Assembly: GCA_036012755.1 (NCBI GenBank)
Contig: DASCPX010000134.1
Span: 1 to 64,000, forward strand
Direction: 5' to 3'
DNA length: 64,000 bases
Source: Myxococcota bacterium
GTDB lineage: Bacteria > Myxococcota_A > UBA796 > CAJQPC01
Shown: positions 55,964 through 64,000 of the stretch, one piece after another
Layout: each line of letters starts with the position of its first letter
How positions within the stretch are numbered: the first letter of the stretch is position 1
Program-made: the position numbers and the translations under genes
Notes under the pieces: model-generated
Database searches by the model: none
What the model saw: the letters and a program-made list of their open reading frames with translations, nothing else
Told to the model about the DNA's origin: nothing

Positions 55964-56812
55964 ATGCTCCTGCTTCTCGTGGCCTGCGGAATGGACCCTC
56001 TCGGCGGCGTGCCGGACAACGCTGTGCGCGGTCGCGTCTGTGACCCTGCCAACTCCCTCGGCGTGGTGGGCGCCGAGGTCAGCTCCGGCGACGCCGGGAC
56101 CGTCACGGAGCCCGGCGGCGTCTTCCTGCTCGAGGGGCTCGCCGACGGCGAGCACACGCTGATGGTCGAGAAGGGTCGCTTCAGCACGATGATCGACGTG
56201 GAGCTCGACGGTGTCGGTGTCGACCTGGACGAAGCCTGCCTCGACGCTGGCTCGGTCGCGGTCGCCTTGATCCGTGGCGGAGCGGACGATGTCGGTGTCG
56301 TGCTGGACGAGCTCGGCATCACATACGACAGCTACGAGGACGCCCAGCTGTTGCGCGACAGGGACTCGCTGCTCCAGTACGACGTGCTCCTGTTGCCTTC
56401 CGGCATCGAGGACACCTGGACGGAGCAGGAGCAGGCCACGGGCAAGGTGCTCGAGGACTTCCTGGTCGAGGGAGGCAGCGTCTACGCCTCTGGAGCCAGC
56501 TCCGATCTCGTCGACGCCGCCATCTCAGAGGACGTCGAGTTCATCGCGCTGGACCGCGGGTCCATGCTTCGGACCAAGGTCCTCGACGACAACATGCGCA
56601 AGCACCTGGGCTCCTCCGACGCCACCGTCGAGGCCACGAGCTGGACCGCGATGGCCACGACCGATGGCCGCGTGCTGCTGCAGGCCGACGCGCCGATCGC
56701 CGCGACGCTGGATGTCGGCGAGGGACGCCTCACATACACGAGCTTCCACTACGGTCCGGACGTCAACGAGGACACCTGGATGCTGCTCGAAGAGATGCTG
56801 CTGTCGCTCTGA
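55964..56812 (+). CDS. Lipoprotein with carboxypeptidase-regulatory-like N-domain and GATase-like C-domain
   Basis: MLLLLVAC; VRGRVCDP..VVGAEV..G.F.LEGL; YDVLLLP, FLVEGGSVY, GEGRLTYTSFH. Confidence 0.6.
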   Translation: MLLLLVACGMDPLGGVPDNAVRGRVCDPANSLGVVGAEVSSGDAGTVTEPGGVFLLEGLADGEHTLMVEKGRFSTMIDVELDGVGVDLDEACLDAGSVAVALIRGGADDVGVVLDELGITYDSYEDAQLLRDRDSLLQYDVLLLPSGIEDTWTEQEQATGKVLEDFLVEGGSVYASGASSDLVDAAISEDVEFIALDRGSMLRTKVLDDNMRKHLGSSDATVEATSWTAMATTDGRVLLQADAPIAATLDVGEGRLTYTSFHYGPDVNEDTWMLLEEMLLSL

Positions 56813-56815
56813 TCG

Positions 56816-58357
56816 ATGAGCCTGCTGCTCGCGCTGGCCTGCAGCGACCCGAAGCCTCCGAACGTCCTCGTCGTCACCTTCGACACGACGCGGGCGGACC
56901 ACGTCGACCTCGTCGGTCAGGGCACGCCGAGTTGGAAGGGGCTGGCCACTACCGGGCGGGTCTTCACCGACGCGTACACCCCCGCTCCGGTCACGCTGCC
57001 GGCGCACGTGAGCCTGTGGACCGGGCTCGACCCCGACGAGCACGGGGTGCGCGCCAACGGCCTCTACCAGGCGCCAGGGGAGCTGGAGTTCCTCTCCGAG
57101 AGGCTCCGTGCCGCGGGGTGGTCGACCGGCGCGGTCGTGGGCGCGCTGCCGCTTCACTCCCAGTTCGGCACGGACCAGGGCTTCGATCACTTCGACGACG
57201 AGGGGCTCTCCGTCACGGAGCGGCCCTTCGACCCGGAGCGCGACGCCACCGCAGTGACCGACGCGGCGCTGGCGATGCTGCCCGAGCTCGAGCCGCCGTA
57301 TCTGTTGTGGGTCCACTACTTCGACCCGCACCTCCCATGGGCCGAGAGCTACTCGGCGGAGATCCGAGAGGCGGACGAGGAGCTCGGTCGGTTGCTCGAA
57401 CACATAGACGACAACACGCTGATCGTGGCGACGGCAGACCACGGAGAGGGCCTCGGCGACCACGGTGAGCGGACCCACGGATACCTGCTCCATCGCGCCA
57501 CGCTGCACGTTCCCCTGGTGCTGTCGGGGCCGGGAGTCACCCACGGCGTGGAGCGTCGACGGGTGAGCCTCACGGATGTTCCGGCGATGGTCATGCACCA
57601 CCTCGATGGCTCCACCTGGGAGCCCGAGGACAGGCCTCTCTACGCCGAGTCCGAGATGCCGATGGCGGTGGGAGCCGCGCCGATCCAGTCGCTCTTCGTC
57701 GGAGACGCCCGCATCGTGCGGACCACGAGGGACCGGCTCTTCATCGGCGCCGAGGAGACCCCGAGCGAGGACCCCGAGCTCCTCGCCGAGCTGGGCGCGC
57801 TGCTCGACGAGCGCCCGATGGGGACCGCGAAGAGGGCGACGCTGGAGGAGCAGACCCGTGTGGAGCTGGAGGCCCTGGGCTACCTCATGTCGCGGGATGA
57901 CCGCGGGCTCGACATCTACGAGCACCTCGACCGGATCGAGTCTCCCCAGCGCATTCCGCCAGAGGTCCTCGCCGATCCCGCGCTCCTGGCGACCTTCCTG
58001 GCTCGGAACCCGGACCCTCACAGCTGGGCAGAGGCCCTCTCGAGGACCTCGTCGAGCCAGGTGGCGCCTCACCTGGATGCCGCTTCGGCGCTCTTCCCCG
58101 ATGACCTGCTCATCCAGGCGCTCGTGGCCTGGCACGGCCCCTCTGATGAGGCCCTGGAGCGCGTGCTCGCAGACCAGGGTCCGCTCCGGAGACGCTCCCC
58201 CGCCGTCCTGGTCATCGCCTCCGAAGCGGCCCTGAAGCTGGACCGCGACGACGACGCCCGCCGGCTATGTGAGGAGCTCGACGGGCAGGTCTTCTTCGAG
58301 CCGGACCTGCTCCAGCGGCAGGCTCGACTGCGACAGCAGCTAGAAAGTCATCCTTAG
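56816..58357 (+). CDS. Sulfatase-like hydrolase/transferase lipoprotein
   Basis: MSLLLALAC; FDTTRAD, VTLPAHVSLWTG, FDPHLP, ADHGEGLGDHGE.THG, LEALGY. Confidence 0.85.
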   Translation: MSLLLALACSDPKPPNVLVVTFDTTRADHVDLVGQGTPSWKGLATTGRVFTDAYTPAPVTLPAHVSLWTGLDPDEHGVRANGLYQAPGELEFLSERLRAAGWSTGAVVGALPLHSQFGTDQGFDHFDDEGLSVTERPFDPERDATAVTDAALAMLPELEPPYLLWVHYFDPHLPWAESYSAEIREADEELGRLLEHIDDNTLIVATADHGEGLGDHGERTHGYLLHRATLHVPLVLSGPGVTHGVERRRVSLTDVPAMVMHHLDGSTWEPEDRPLYAESEMPMAVGAAPIQSLFVGDARIVRTTRDRLFIGAEETPSEDPELLAELGALLDERPMGTAKRATLEEQTRVELEALGYLMSRDDRGLDIYEHLDRIESPQRIPPEVLADPALLATFLARNPDPHSWAEALSRTSSSQVAPHLDAASALFPDDLLIQALVAWHGPSDEALERVLADQGPLRRRSPAVLVIASEAALKLDRDDDARRLCEELDGQVFFEPDLLQRQARLRQQLESHP

Positions 58358-58906
58358 ACCACCGCGGGCCAGGAAGCCCTTCTGGTGGACGTCTCCGAGC
58401 TCCTCGTGCTCTGTCGGCGTGAGCCAGCCGTAGCCGAACTCCACGCCGGCACGCAGGCCCACCCGGCGATCAACGAGGATCACGTCGAAGCCGCCCACGG
58501 CGAGCCCTCCGAAGTCCATCGCCGAGCCCCTGATGGGCACGCCCAGGTCGTCCTCGGTGTCGTCGTCGAGGCGCGTCCGGGACCACAGGAGGCTGCCTTG
58601 AGCGAGCACATAGGGCTCGATGCGCCACAACCTGTAGATGTCGGCGCGGAGGCCGATGTCCCACTGGTCGCTGCCGCGGCGAAGCTCCAGCGCCGTCTCG
58701 TCGGGCAACGACAGCTGTTCGACGACGCGACGGTGATGCCAGGTGAGCACAGTGCTGAGGCGGGGATTCAGATCGACGCCGATGCGCACACCGGGAGCGT
58801 GGACACGGTCCTTCTCGAGCTCCAGCCCGTCGTGCTGGGTGTGACTCATGACGTCGAAGCCGACGTCGACGTCCGCTGCGAGTGCAGTCGCGATCAAGAG
58901 CATCAT
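58340..58906 (-). CDS. Small outer membrane beta-barrel protein
   Basis: Alternating beta strands, EPYV, C-terminal GGLRMTF. Confidence 0.7.
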   Translation of the reverse strand: MMLLIATALAADVDVGFDVMSHTQHDGLELEKDRVHAPGVRIGVDLNPRLSTVLTWHHRRVVEQLSLPDETALELRRGSDQWDIGLRADIYRLWRIEPYVLAQGSLLWSRTRLDDDTEDDLGVPIRGSAMDFGGLAVGGFDVILVDRRVGLRAGVEFGYGWLTPTEHEELGDVHQKGFLARGGLRMTF

Positions 58907-60399
58907 GGCGTCCTCCTCGCCAGGGTGTCGTCCGGGAAGACCCCCACAGCGGCGAAGTCCTCCAGCACGACCTGCTCTCCTGGAGAGAGCGGGTCGATGA
59001 GCGTCACAGCGCCCAGCGGACTGTCGTGTGCGATCCAGAAGCGCCCGTCACCCAGGGTGCCCAGCTTCAGCGGCGGGGCGGCCATCTCGATGATCATCGG
59101 CGGCTGCGGCTCGGACAGGTCGATGAGCAGCGCCTCGTCATCGTCCTCCAGCAGGACCAGCGCGTAGGTGGTGAACTCCGTCGCGATCAGGCCGAGCTCC
59201 AGGGGCACACCCTCGAGCACCAGGTTGCGGGCCTCGTCGTCGTCCAGCTCCAGGACCGCCAGGCCATAGCGGGCGTCCGCATAGGCAGCGACTTCATCGG
59301 TCCAGGAGGCCGTCTCCGGCATCATCAGGCCGACGCCGTAGCGCCCGCTGGGGTCGACCCAGGCCTCTGAGACCCGGTTCGCCACGACGTACTCGGTGAT
59401 CTGTTGGGTCTCCAGGTCGATGGCGTAGACATCGTGCCCGGCGCCGTCGGCGTCGAAGGCCAGCACGACGCCATCACCGTCGACGAGGGTCTCGGGGCGC
59501 TCGTCGGTCTCCAGCGCGGACCGCGTGAAGCCGTCGTGGAACAACAGGTCCACCTGCCGGCGGCTCTTGTAGGCCACGACCGTGCAGTCGCAGTCTTCGT
59601 CCACCACCAGCGCCGTTGGCTCGCCGTCGAGATCCTCGAGATCGATGCTCGGATCGACGAGGTCGATCTTGTAGAGCAGGTCTTCGCCGCTGATGCCGAC
59701 CAGCCCGTAGTTGCCGTCCGGGGTCAATGCAGCGATCGTCGGATCGATCTCCTGGTCCGCGTCCAGCGTGAGGTCGTAGCGGACCTTCACCTTCAGCTCG
59801 TCGAGATCGACCAGCACGGCGCTGGACCGGGACAACACCATCGCCGCCTTGCCGTTCGGCATGAACAGAATGTTCCCGGGCGCGAAGCCGACCGTGACGC
59901 TCGCGCTGTCCCCGGTCTCCAGGTCGATGAGGAAGACGCTGTCCAGGTCTGCCACCCGGTCCACCGAGGAGCCCGCGGGCGGGCCGTCCAGGTAGAGCAC
60001 GGCGAAGGCGCCGTCGGGGGACAGGGCCACGCCGTCGAGGTGGCCTGGGACGTCGATCGAGAGATCGAGTCCCTCTGCGCTCAGGATCCCGAGCTCGTAG
60101 TCGATGCCAAGGTCCTCTTCTTCGCAGTCGCGCTCCAGCTCGATCTCCGGGTCCTGGCAGACGACCCACGAGCTGAAGACGAGCACGCGCTCGCCTCCGG
60201 GCACGGGCACCAGGCGGTTGGGCGAGGCGCCGTCGAGGTCGACGAGCTTGGGCTCGCTGGACTCGGAGAGGGTCATCAGCGCCCCCCCTTGGGGGAGCAT
60301 CACGTACAGACGATCTCCGACCACCTCGATGTCGGGGTCCCAGAGCTGCGCGTCGATTTCATGGTGTTGGCCACAGGCCAGTGTCAACAGAAGAGACAT
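58903..60399 (-). CDS. Beta-propeller (YncE/WD40-like) lipoprotein
   Basis: MSLLLTLAC; repeated (S/T)PDG.a-type blades. Confidence 0.7.
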   Translation of the reverse strand: MSLLLTLACGQHHEIDAQLWDPDIEVVGDRLYVMLPQGGALMTLSESSEPKLVDLDGASPNRLVPVPGGERVLVFSSWVVCQDPEIELERDCEEEDLGIDYELGILSAEGLDLSIDVPGHLDGVALSPDGAFAVLYLDGPPAGSSVDRVADLDSVFLIDLETGDSASVTVGFAPGNILFMPNGKAAMVLSRSSAVLVDLDELKVKVRYDLTLDADQEIDPTIAALTPDGNYGLVGISGEDLLYKIDLVDPSIDLEDLDGEPTALVVDEDCDCTVVAYKSRRQVDLLFHDGFTRSALETDERPETLVDGDGVVLAFDADGAGHDVYAIDLETQQITEYVVANRVSEAWVDPSGRYGVGLMMPETASWTDEVAAYADARYGLAVLELDDDEARNLVLEGVPLELGLIATEFTTYALVLLEDDDEALLIDLSEPQPPMIIEMAAPPLKLGTLGDGRFWIAHDSPLGAVTLIDPLSPGEQVVLEDFAAVGVFPDDTLARRTP

Positions 60400-61970
60400 C
60401 AGTCCTCCTCCACTTCGATGCCGGCGTTCAGCTCGAAGCCGGTGATTGTCTTCAACGAATCCGTCTCCGGGTCGTAGAAGCTGATTCGACCCAGATCGTG
60501 TTGTTGACTGGCGAAGGCCCAGTTCATCTCGGGCAGCGTGCCGACGAAGACGGGATCGGACTTCAGCTCCACCTCGTCGATGAGCAGGCTGCCGTAGTCC
60601 AGGATCTCCAGGTAGGCCTCGTCCTCCATGATGAAGTAGCCCTTCTCTCCGTCTTCACTGTGCGCGAAGGCGATGGGCTCCGCTGGCAGGGAGTAGTCGT
60701 TCGCTCGGAAGCTCGAGAGCTCGACCATCGTGAGTCCGTGCAGGTCCTCGTAGCCGGGGTCCATGTCGTCACTGTTGGCCGAGTCGTGCAGGATCAACGC
60801 TGTCTGGCCGGTGGGATCGACGCCGACCGCCGCTACCGGCTTGGGCAACGGGTGGAGGTCGAACTCGCCGGTCTCCGGGTCCCAGGAGGTGAACCGGGAA
60901 ACCCCGGACGCCGTGCTGAACAACAGCGCCGGGCCCCCGTCGCTGGAGAACGCGATCGAGCCGACGACCTCGCCCTCGGGCATTTGCAGGATCTCGGGAG
61001 CCGCGGTGGGGTCGGCGAGATCGTAGAGCCACAGCTCTCCAGCGCCTCGAGCGACCGCCACGGCGAAGGCGCCGTCTGGAGTCAGGTCCAGATCGGTGGG
61101 GCCGGCTCCGACGACCAGGTCGGTGGCGTCCAGATCGACCAGGTCGACCAGGACCAGCTTCGCGGCGTCCTTCTGGCGCAACAGCGCGTAGCGACCGTCC
61201 GGGTCGAGCACGAGCTCTTCGGTCTGGGGTGGGTCGACCTCGTCACCGATCGAGATGAGCTCGATGTCGAGGGGATCCGCCGTGAGGTCGACGATGCCGA
61301 CCCAGGCGTCCCCGAGCACGACGGCGGTGGTGGCGTCGCTGGTGAAGGCCACATCGCGGGGCTGGAAGCCGAGGGCCATCGCCGTGTGCTCGCCGCTGGC
61401 GACCTCGACGAAGGAGGCCTCCTTCACCGAGTAGGCCCCAGAGCTGCTGCCCTCGTCCTCGATGCCCATGGCGTTGTAGCAGACCGCCCAGGCGCCGTCG
61501 GGAGACAGCTCGAAGGTGTCGAGGTTTGGCCGCAGCTCGACCCTGGTCTCTTCCAGGGTGCTCGCGGGCAGGATCGACAGGTCGTCCGAGCCCGCGTTGT
61601 AGGTCAGGGCGTAGAGGTAGTCCGGCGTCGTGAGCACCTGCTCGGGGCGCTCGCCCACCGGAGCGGTGAGCACGTCGAGGGCAGGCACGCCGATGCGCGT
61701 GACCGTGTCGCGGTCCGGGTTGGCCACGAACACGAAGGTGGGCGCCGGAGCAGGGGCCATCGCAAAGAAGGCGTCCTCCTCTTCGCTCGGCAGGTTGTCC
61801 GTGTCGGAGTCGGAGTCCGTGTCCGAGTCCGCGTCGGAGTCCCAGTCGCCAGCGTTGCAAGCATTGGCACCGCTGTCCCAGATAGCGGCCGCATCTGCAG
61901 AGTAGAGCGACTGGTCTGCTGAGCACGCCACGAGCAGGCAGAGTCCCAGGGCGGTCGTAACGACCCGCAT
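60399..61970 (-). CDS. Beta-propeller (YncE-like) lipoprotein with DS/DT linker
   Basis: GGAGGAG RBS; LLVAC; DSDADSDTDSDSDTD; VFVANP..DTV, PVGERP, SPDG/TPDG blades. Confidence 0.75.
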   Translation of the reverse strand: MRVVTTALGLCLLVACSADQSLYSADAAAIWDSGANACNAGDWDSDADSDTDSDSDTDNLPSEEEDAFFAMAPAPAPTFVFVANPDRDTVTRIGVPALDVLTAPVGERPEQVLTTPDYLYALTYNAGSDDLSILPASTLEETRVELRPNLDTFELSPDGAWAVCYNAMGIEDEGSSSGAYSVKEASFVEVASGEHTAMALGFQPRDVAFTSDATTAVVLGDAWVGIVDLTADPLDIELISIGDEVDPPQTEELVLDPDGRYALLRQKDAAKLVLVDLVDLDATDLVVGAGPTDLDLTPDGAFAVAVARGAGELWLYDLADPTAAPEILQMPEGEVVGSIAFSSDGGPALLFSTASGVSRFTSWDPETGEFDLHPLPKPVAAVGVDPTGQTALILHDSANSDDMDPGYEDLHGLTMVELSSFRANDYSLPAEPIAFAHSEDGEKGYFIMEDEAYLEILDYGSLLIDEVELKSDPVFVGTLPEMNWAFASQQHDLGRISFYDPETDSLKTITGFELNAGIEVEED

Positions 61971-62058
61971 GTCTCCTCCCATGTGGAACCTGCCCTGGCC
62001 GACCAGTGTAGTCAGGATGGCCCTTGCTCGCTGGGAATCCGTGTGCACCTTCGCCGCC

Positions 62059-63264
62059 ATGTCGAAGACTCGCGATATGAAGCTGCTCCAGGCCAACTCG
62101 GTTCTCGAGCGCTTCCGCAACGCCACCTACAAGCTGGACAACATGGTCCGCGGCCTGCAGCTGGCGAAGGACGCCCAGGGCCTGCCGCGCATCGTCGCGC
62201 TGGCCAGCGTCGTGGGAAACGTCCTGGACGTGCTGCTGCCGAGCAACGACACCCTGGAGCTGCTGGCCGAGCTGGGCTGGGTGCGCGCCGCGCGTCACTC
62301 GGGTGTGCTGAAGCTCGTGCGCAAGCTGCTCGAGGCCCAGTGCGCTCCGGAGCGCATCCGCGTGCCGTCGACCTACCACGGCGAGCAGCCGGCGACGCTG
62401 TCGGTCTGGTACGAAGAGGGCGAGCCCGTCGTGGTCATCGCTCGCCTCTACAACGAGGACACGCTGCTCGAGAAGCGCCCGGGGACCGTGGCACGCCTCC
62501 TCGGCGAGGCCTGGTCAGATGCCCCGGCGTGGGCGGTGGAGGTCACCCGCTCCCTCACCGGTGACGACCGCTACGAGCTCGTTCCCCTGCGCGAGGTCGA
62601 GGCCCCGGTCGGCCCCCAGGCCGAGGAGCTGCGCCGCTGGCTGAAGCGACCCTCGACAGGGACCCGCGTCGTGCTCATCGTCGGACCCACCGGCGCGGGC
62701 AAGACCACCCTGGCGCGGACCGCGCTCGGTGAGGTGCGCACGCTGCAGATCCCGGCGAACCTGGGCCACCGAGCTGCCCTGGAGCTCGCGGCGCTGATGC
62801 GTCCGGGTGTGCTCCTGCTCGACGACCTGGTCCTCGGAGAGGGACTCGACGCTGGCTTCGCGGCGCTGTTGGACCGTCTGCACGGCCACGTGCCGCTGGT
62901 GCTCGCGACCCTGATGGACGACTCCCTGACCGCCGAGTCGGCCCGCCGTCCGGGTGCTCTCTACTGGCCGGGGATGCGCGCCGGTCGCCTGGACCGCGTG
63001 GTCTTCCTGGCGCCCCCGGAGCTCGCGGCGCGCAAGGCCATCCTCGCCCACTACGGCCTGGTCTCGAACGAGGTGGCCGAGCTGTCCGCGGGCCTGACCG
63101 GCGCATTCCTCCAGGAGCTGGCCCGCCGCATCCGAGAGGAGCCGGGCACGGTCGCGGAGCACGTCGCCCAGCTGCGGGCCCAGGCTCCTGCGAGCTTCAC
63201 CCGGGCGGCACCCGAGAGCCCCGAGACTGCGCTGACCGAGCTCTTCGAGAAGCGCGGAGCCTGA
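62059..63264 (+). CDS. AAA family ATPase
   Basis: Walker A GPTGAGKT, Walker B LLLDD, SRH-like MRAGRLD; start uncertain. Confidence 0.8.
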   Translation: MSKTRDMKLLQANSVLERFRNATYKLDNMVRGLQLAKDAQGLPRIVALASVVGNVLDVLLPSNDTLELLAELGWVRAARHSGVLKLVRKLLEAQCAPERIRVPSTYHGEQPATLSVWYEEGEPVVVIARLYNEDTLLEKRPGTVARLLGEAWSDAPAWAVEVTRSLTGDDRYELVPLREVEAPVGPQAEELRRWLKRPSTGTRVVLIVGPTGAGKTTLARTALGEVRTLQIPANLGHRAALELAALMRPGVLLLDDLVLGEGLDAGFAALLDRLHGHVPLVLATLMDDSLTAESARRPGALYWPGMRAGRLDRVVFLAPPELAARKAILAHYGLVSNEVAELSAGLTGAFLQELARRIREEPGTVAEHVAQLRAQAPASFTRAAPESPETALTELFEKRGA

Positions 63265-63267
63265 GCC

Positions 63268-64000
63268 TCAGGGGCGCTGGTAGACGCCGTAGAGGGTGGC
63301 GAGGTACTCGGCCGTCTCGCCCTCTCCCCAGAAGGCACCGTAGAGCGTCGTGCCGCTGCGAGAGAAGGCGAAGTAGTCGTCGAAGAGGTGGTTCATCGCC
63401 TGGTCCTCGACCCCCTCGCCGGAGATCCGCGAATCCTCGGTCACCACGACCTCGCCCAGCGTGAGGCTCTCGTAGGTGCCGGCGTAGAAGCTGCCGTCGC
63501 GGGCCGGGTAGTCGCCGAGTGCAAGGTCCTCGAGGCCGACGAAGATCTCGGTGGCCTCCATGGCGGCGTACCAGGGCGAGTGGGCATCGCTGTTGTAGAG
63601 CACCGCGACCGCGAAGCCCTCGTCGGGGGCGACGACGACGTAGGAGAGCCAGCCCGCGACACCTCCGGAGTGGTTGTAGAGCGTCGGTCCCCGAGCCGTG
63701 TCTCGGAAGAGGTTGTAGCCGTGGGTCTGCTCCGGGAAGTGCCCGGTGGGTGTGTGGGCCTCTCGGAGCAGGGCCCAGCTCTCTTCGGACAGCGGCGCGC
63801 CGTCCTCTGAGTGGGCCAGCCCCCAGATCGCGAGGTCGCTGGCGCTGCCCCAGGCCCCGCCCATCGGGCCGTAGTAGCCGGTCGGCAGGTAGTAGTCGGT
63901 GGGTGCGATGGGATCGACGTCCCACCAGGTCGTGTTGCCCCAGGCGAAGTCTCCGTCGTCCTCGACCGCTTCTGCATCCAGGGTCGCCCGGCTCATCCCG
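63268..64000 (-). CDS. Serine hydrolase (beta-lactamase class C-like), 5' part outside window
   Basis: GM..AT, PMGGAWGSASDLA.W, YG, HSGGVAGW. Confidence 0.75.
   Translation of the reverse strand, partial: GMSRATLDAEAVEDDGDFAWGNTTWWDVDPIAPTDYYLPTGYYGPMGGAWGSASDLAIWGLAHSEDGAPLSEESWALLREAHTPTGHFPEQTHGYNLFRDTARGPTLYNHSGGVAGWLSYVVVAPDEGFAVAVLYNSDAHSPWYAAMEATEIFVGLEDLALGDYPARDGSFYAGTYESLTLGEVVVTEDSRISGEGVEDQAMNHLFDDYFAFSRSGTTLYGAFWGEGETAEYLATLYGVYQRP

Noticed and set aside
52971..56162. 1063-aa Val-rich plus-strand ORF
   Set aside because: Antisense of the Asp-rich MopE-repeat gene (GAC read as GTC).

Overview
High-GC bacterial chromosomal window. MYXO-CTERM-like tails, MopE-type Asp/Cys repeats and DT/DS-rich lipoproteins suggest a Myxococcota-like organism (inference). 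Housekeeping content: tdh and kbl, serS followed by tRNA-Ser(TGA), tRNA-Ser(GCT), tRNA-Arg(ACG) and a terminator, tmk-lipB, and an operon lipA-E1beta-E2-E1alpha-lpdA-FKBP. Much of the rest encodes envelope proteins: three Thr-type sulfatase-like enzymes, two arylsulfotransferase-like lipoproteins beside a FadL-type channel, a ~15 kb block of four SGNH hydrolases and four paralogous GT-C-like membrane proteins, and FG-GAP, MopE-repeat and beta-propeller lipoproteins. The left edge holds a primase-type zinc-finger gene missing from the ORF track, with iteron-like repeats. Most unusual signals: (1) ultrashort, uncharged signal peptides such as MLLLLAC and MIWLLAC; (2) an apparently catalytically dead E1alpha/E1beta pair beside intact E2, E3 and LipA; (3) TANNNT -10 boxes 5-9 nt before many start codons, suggesting leaderless transcription; (4) a candidate lipoprotein or surface glycosylation/acylation system. 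Four apparent frameshifts may be assembly errors. All product calls are by eye from motifs; no database search was run.
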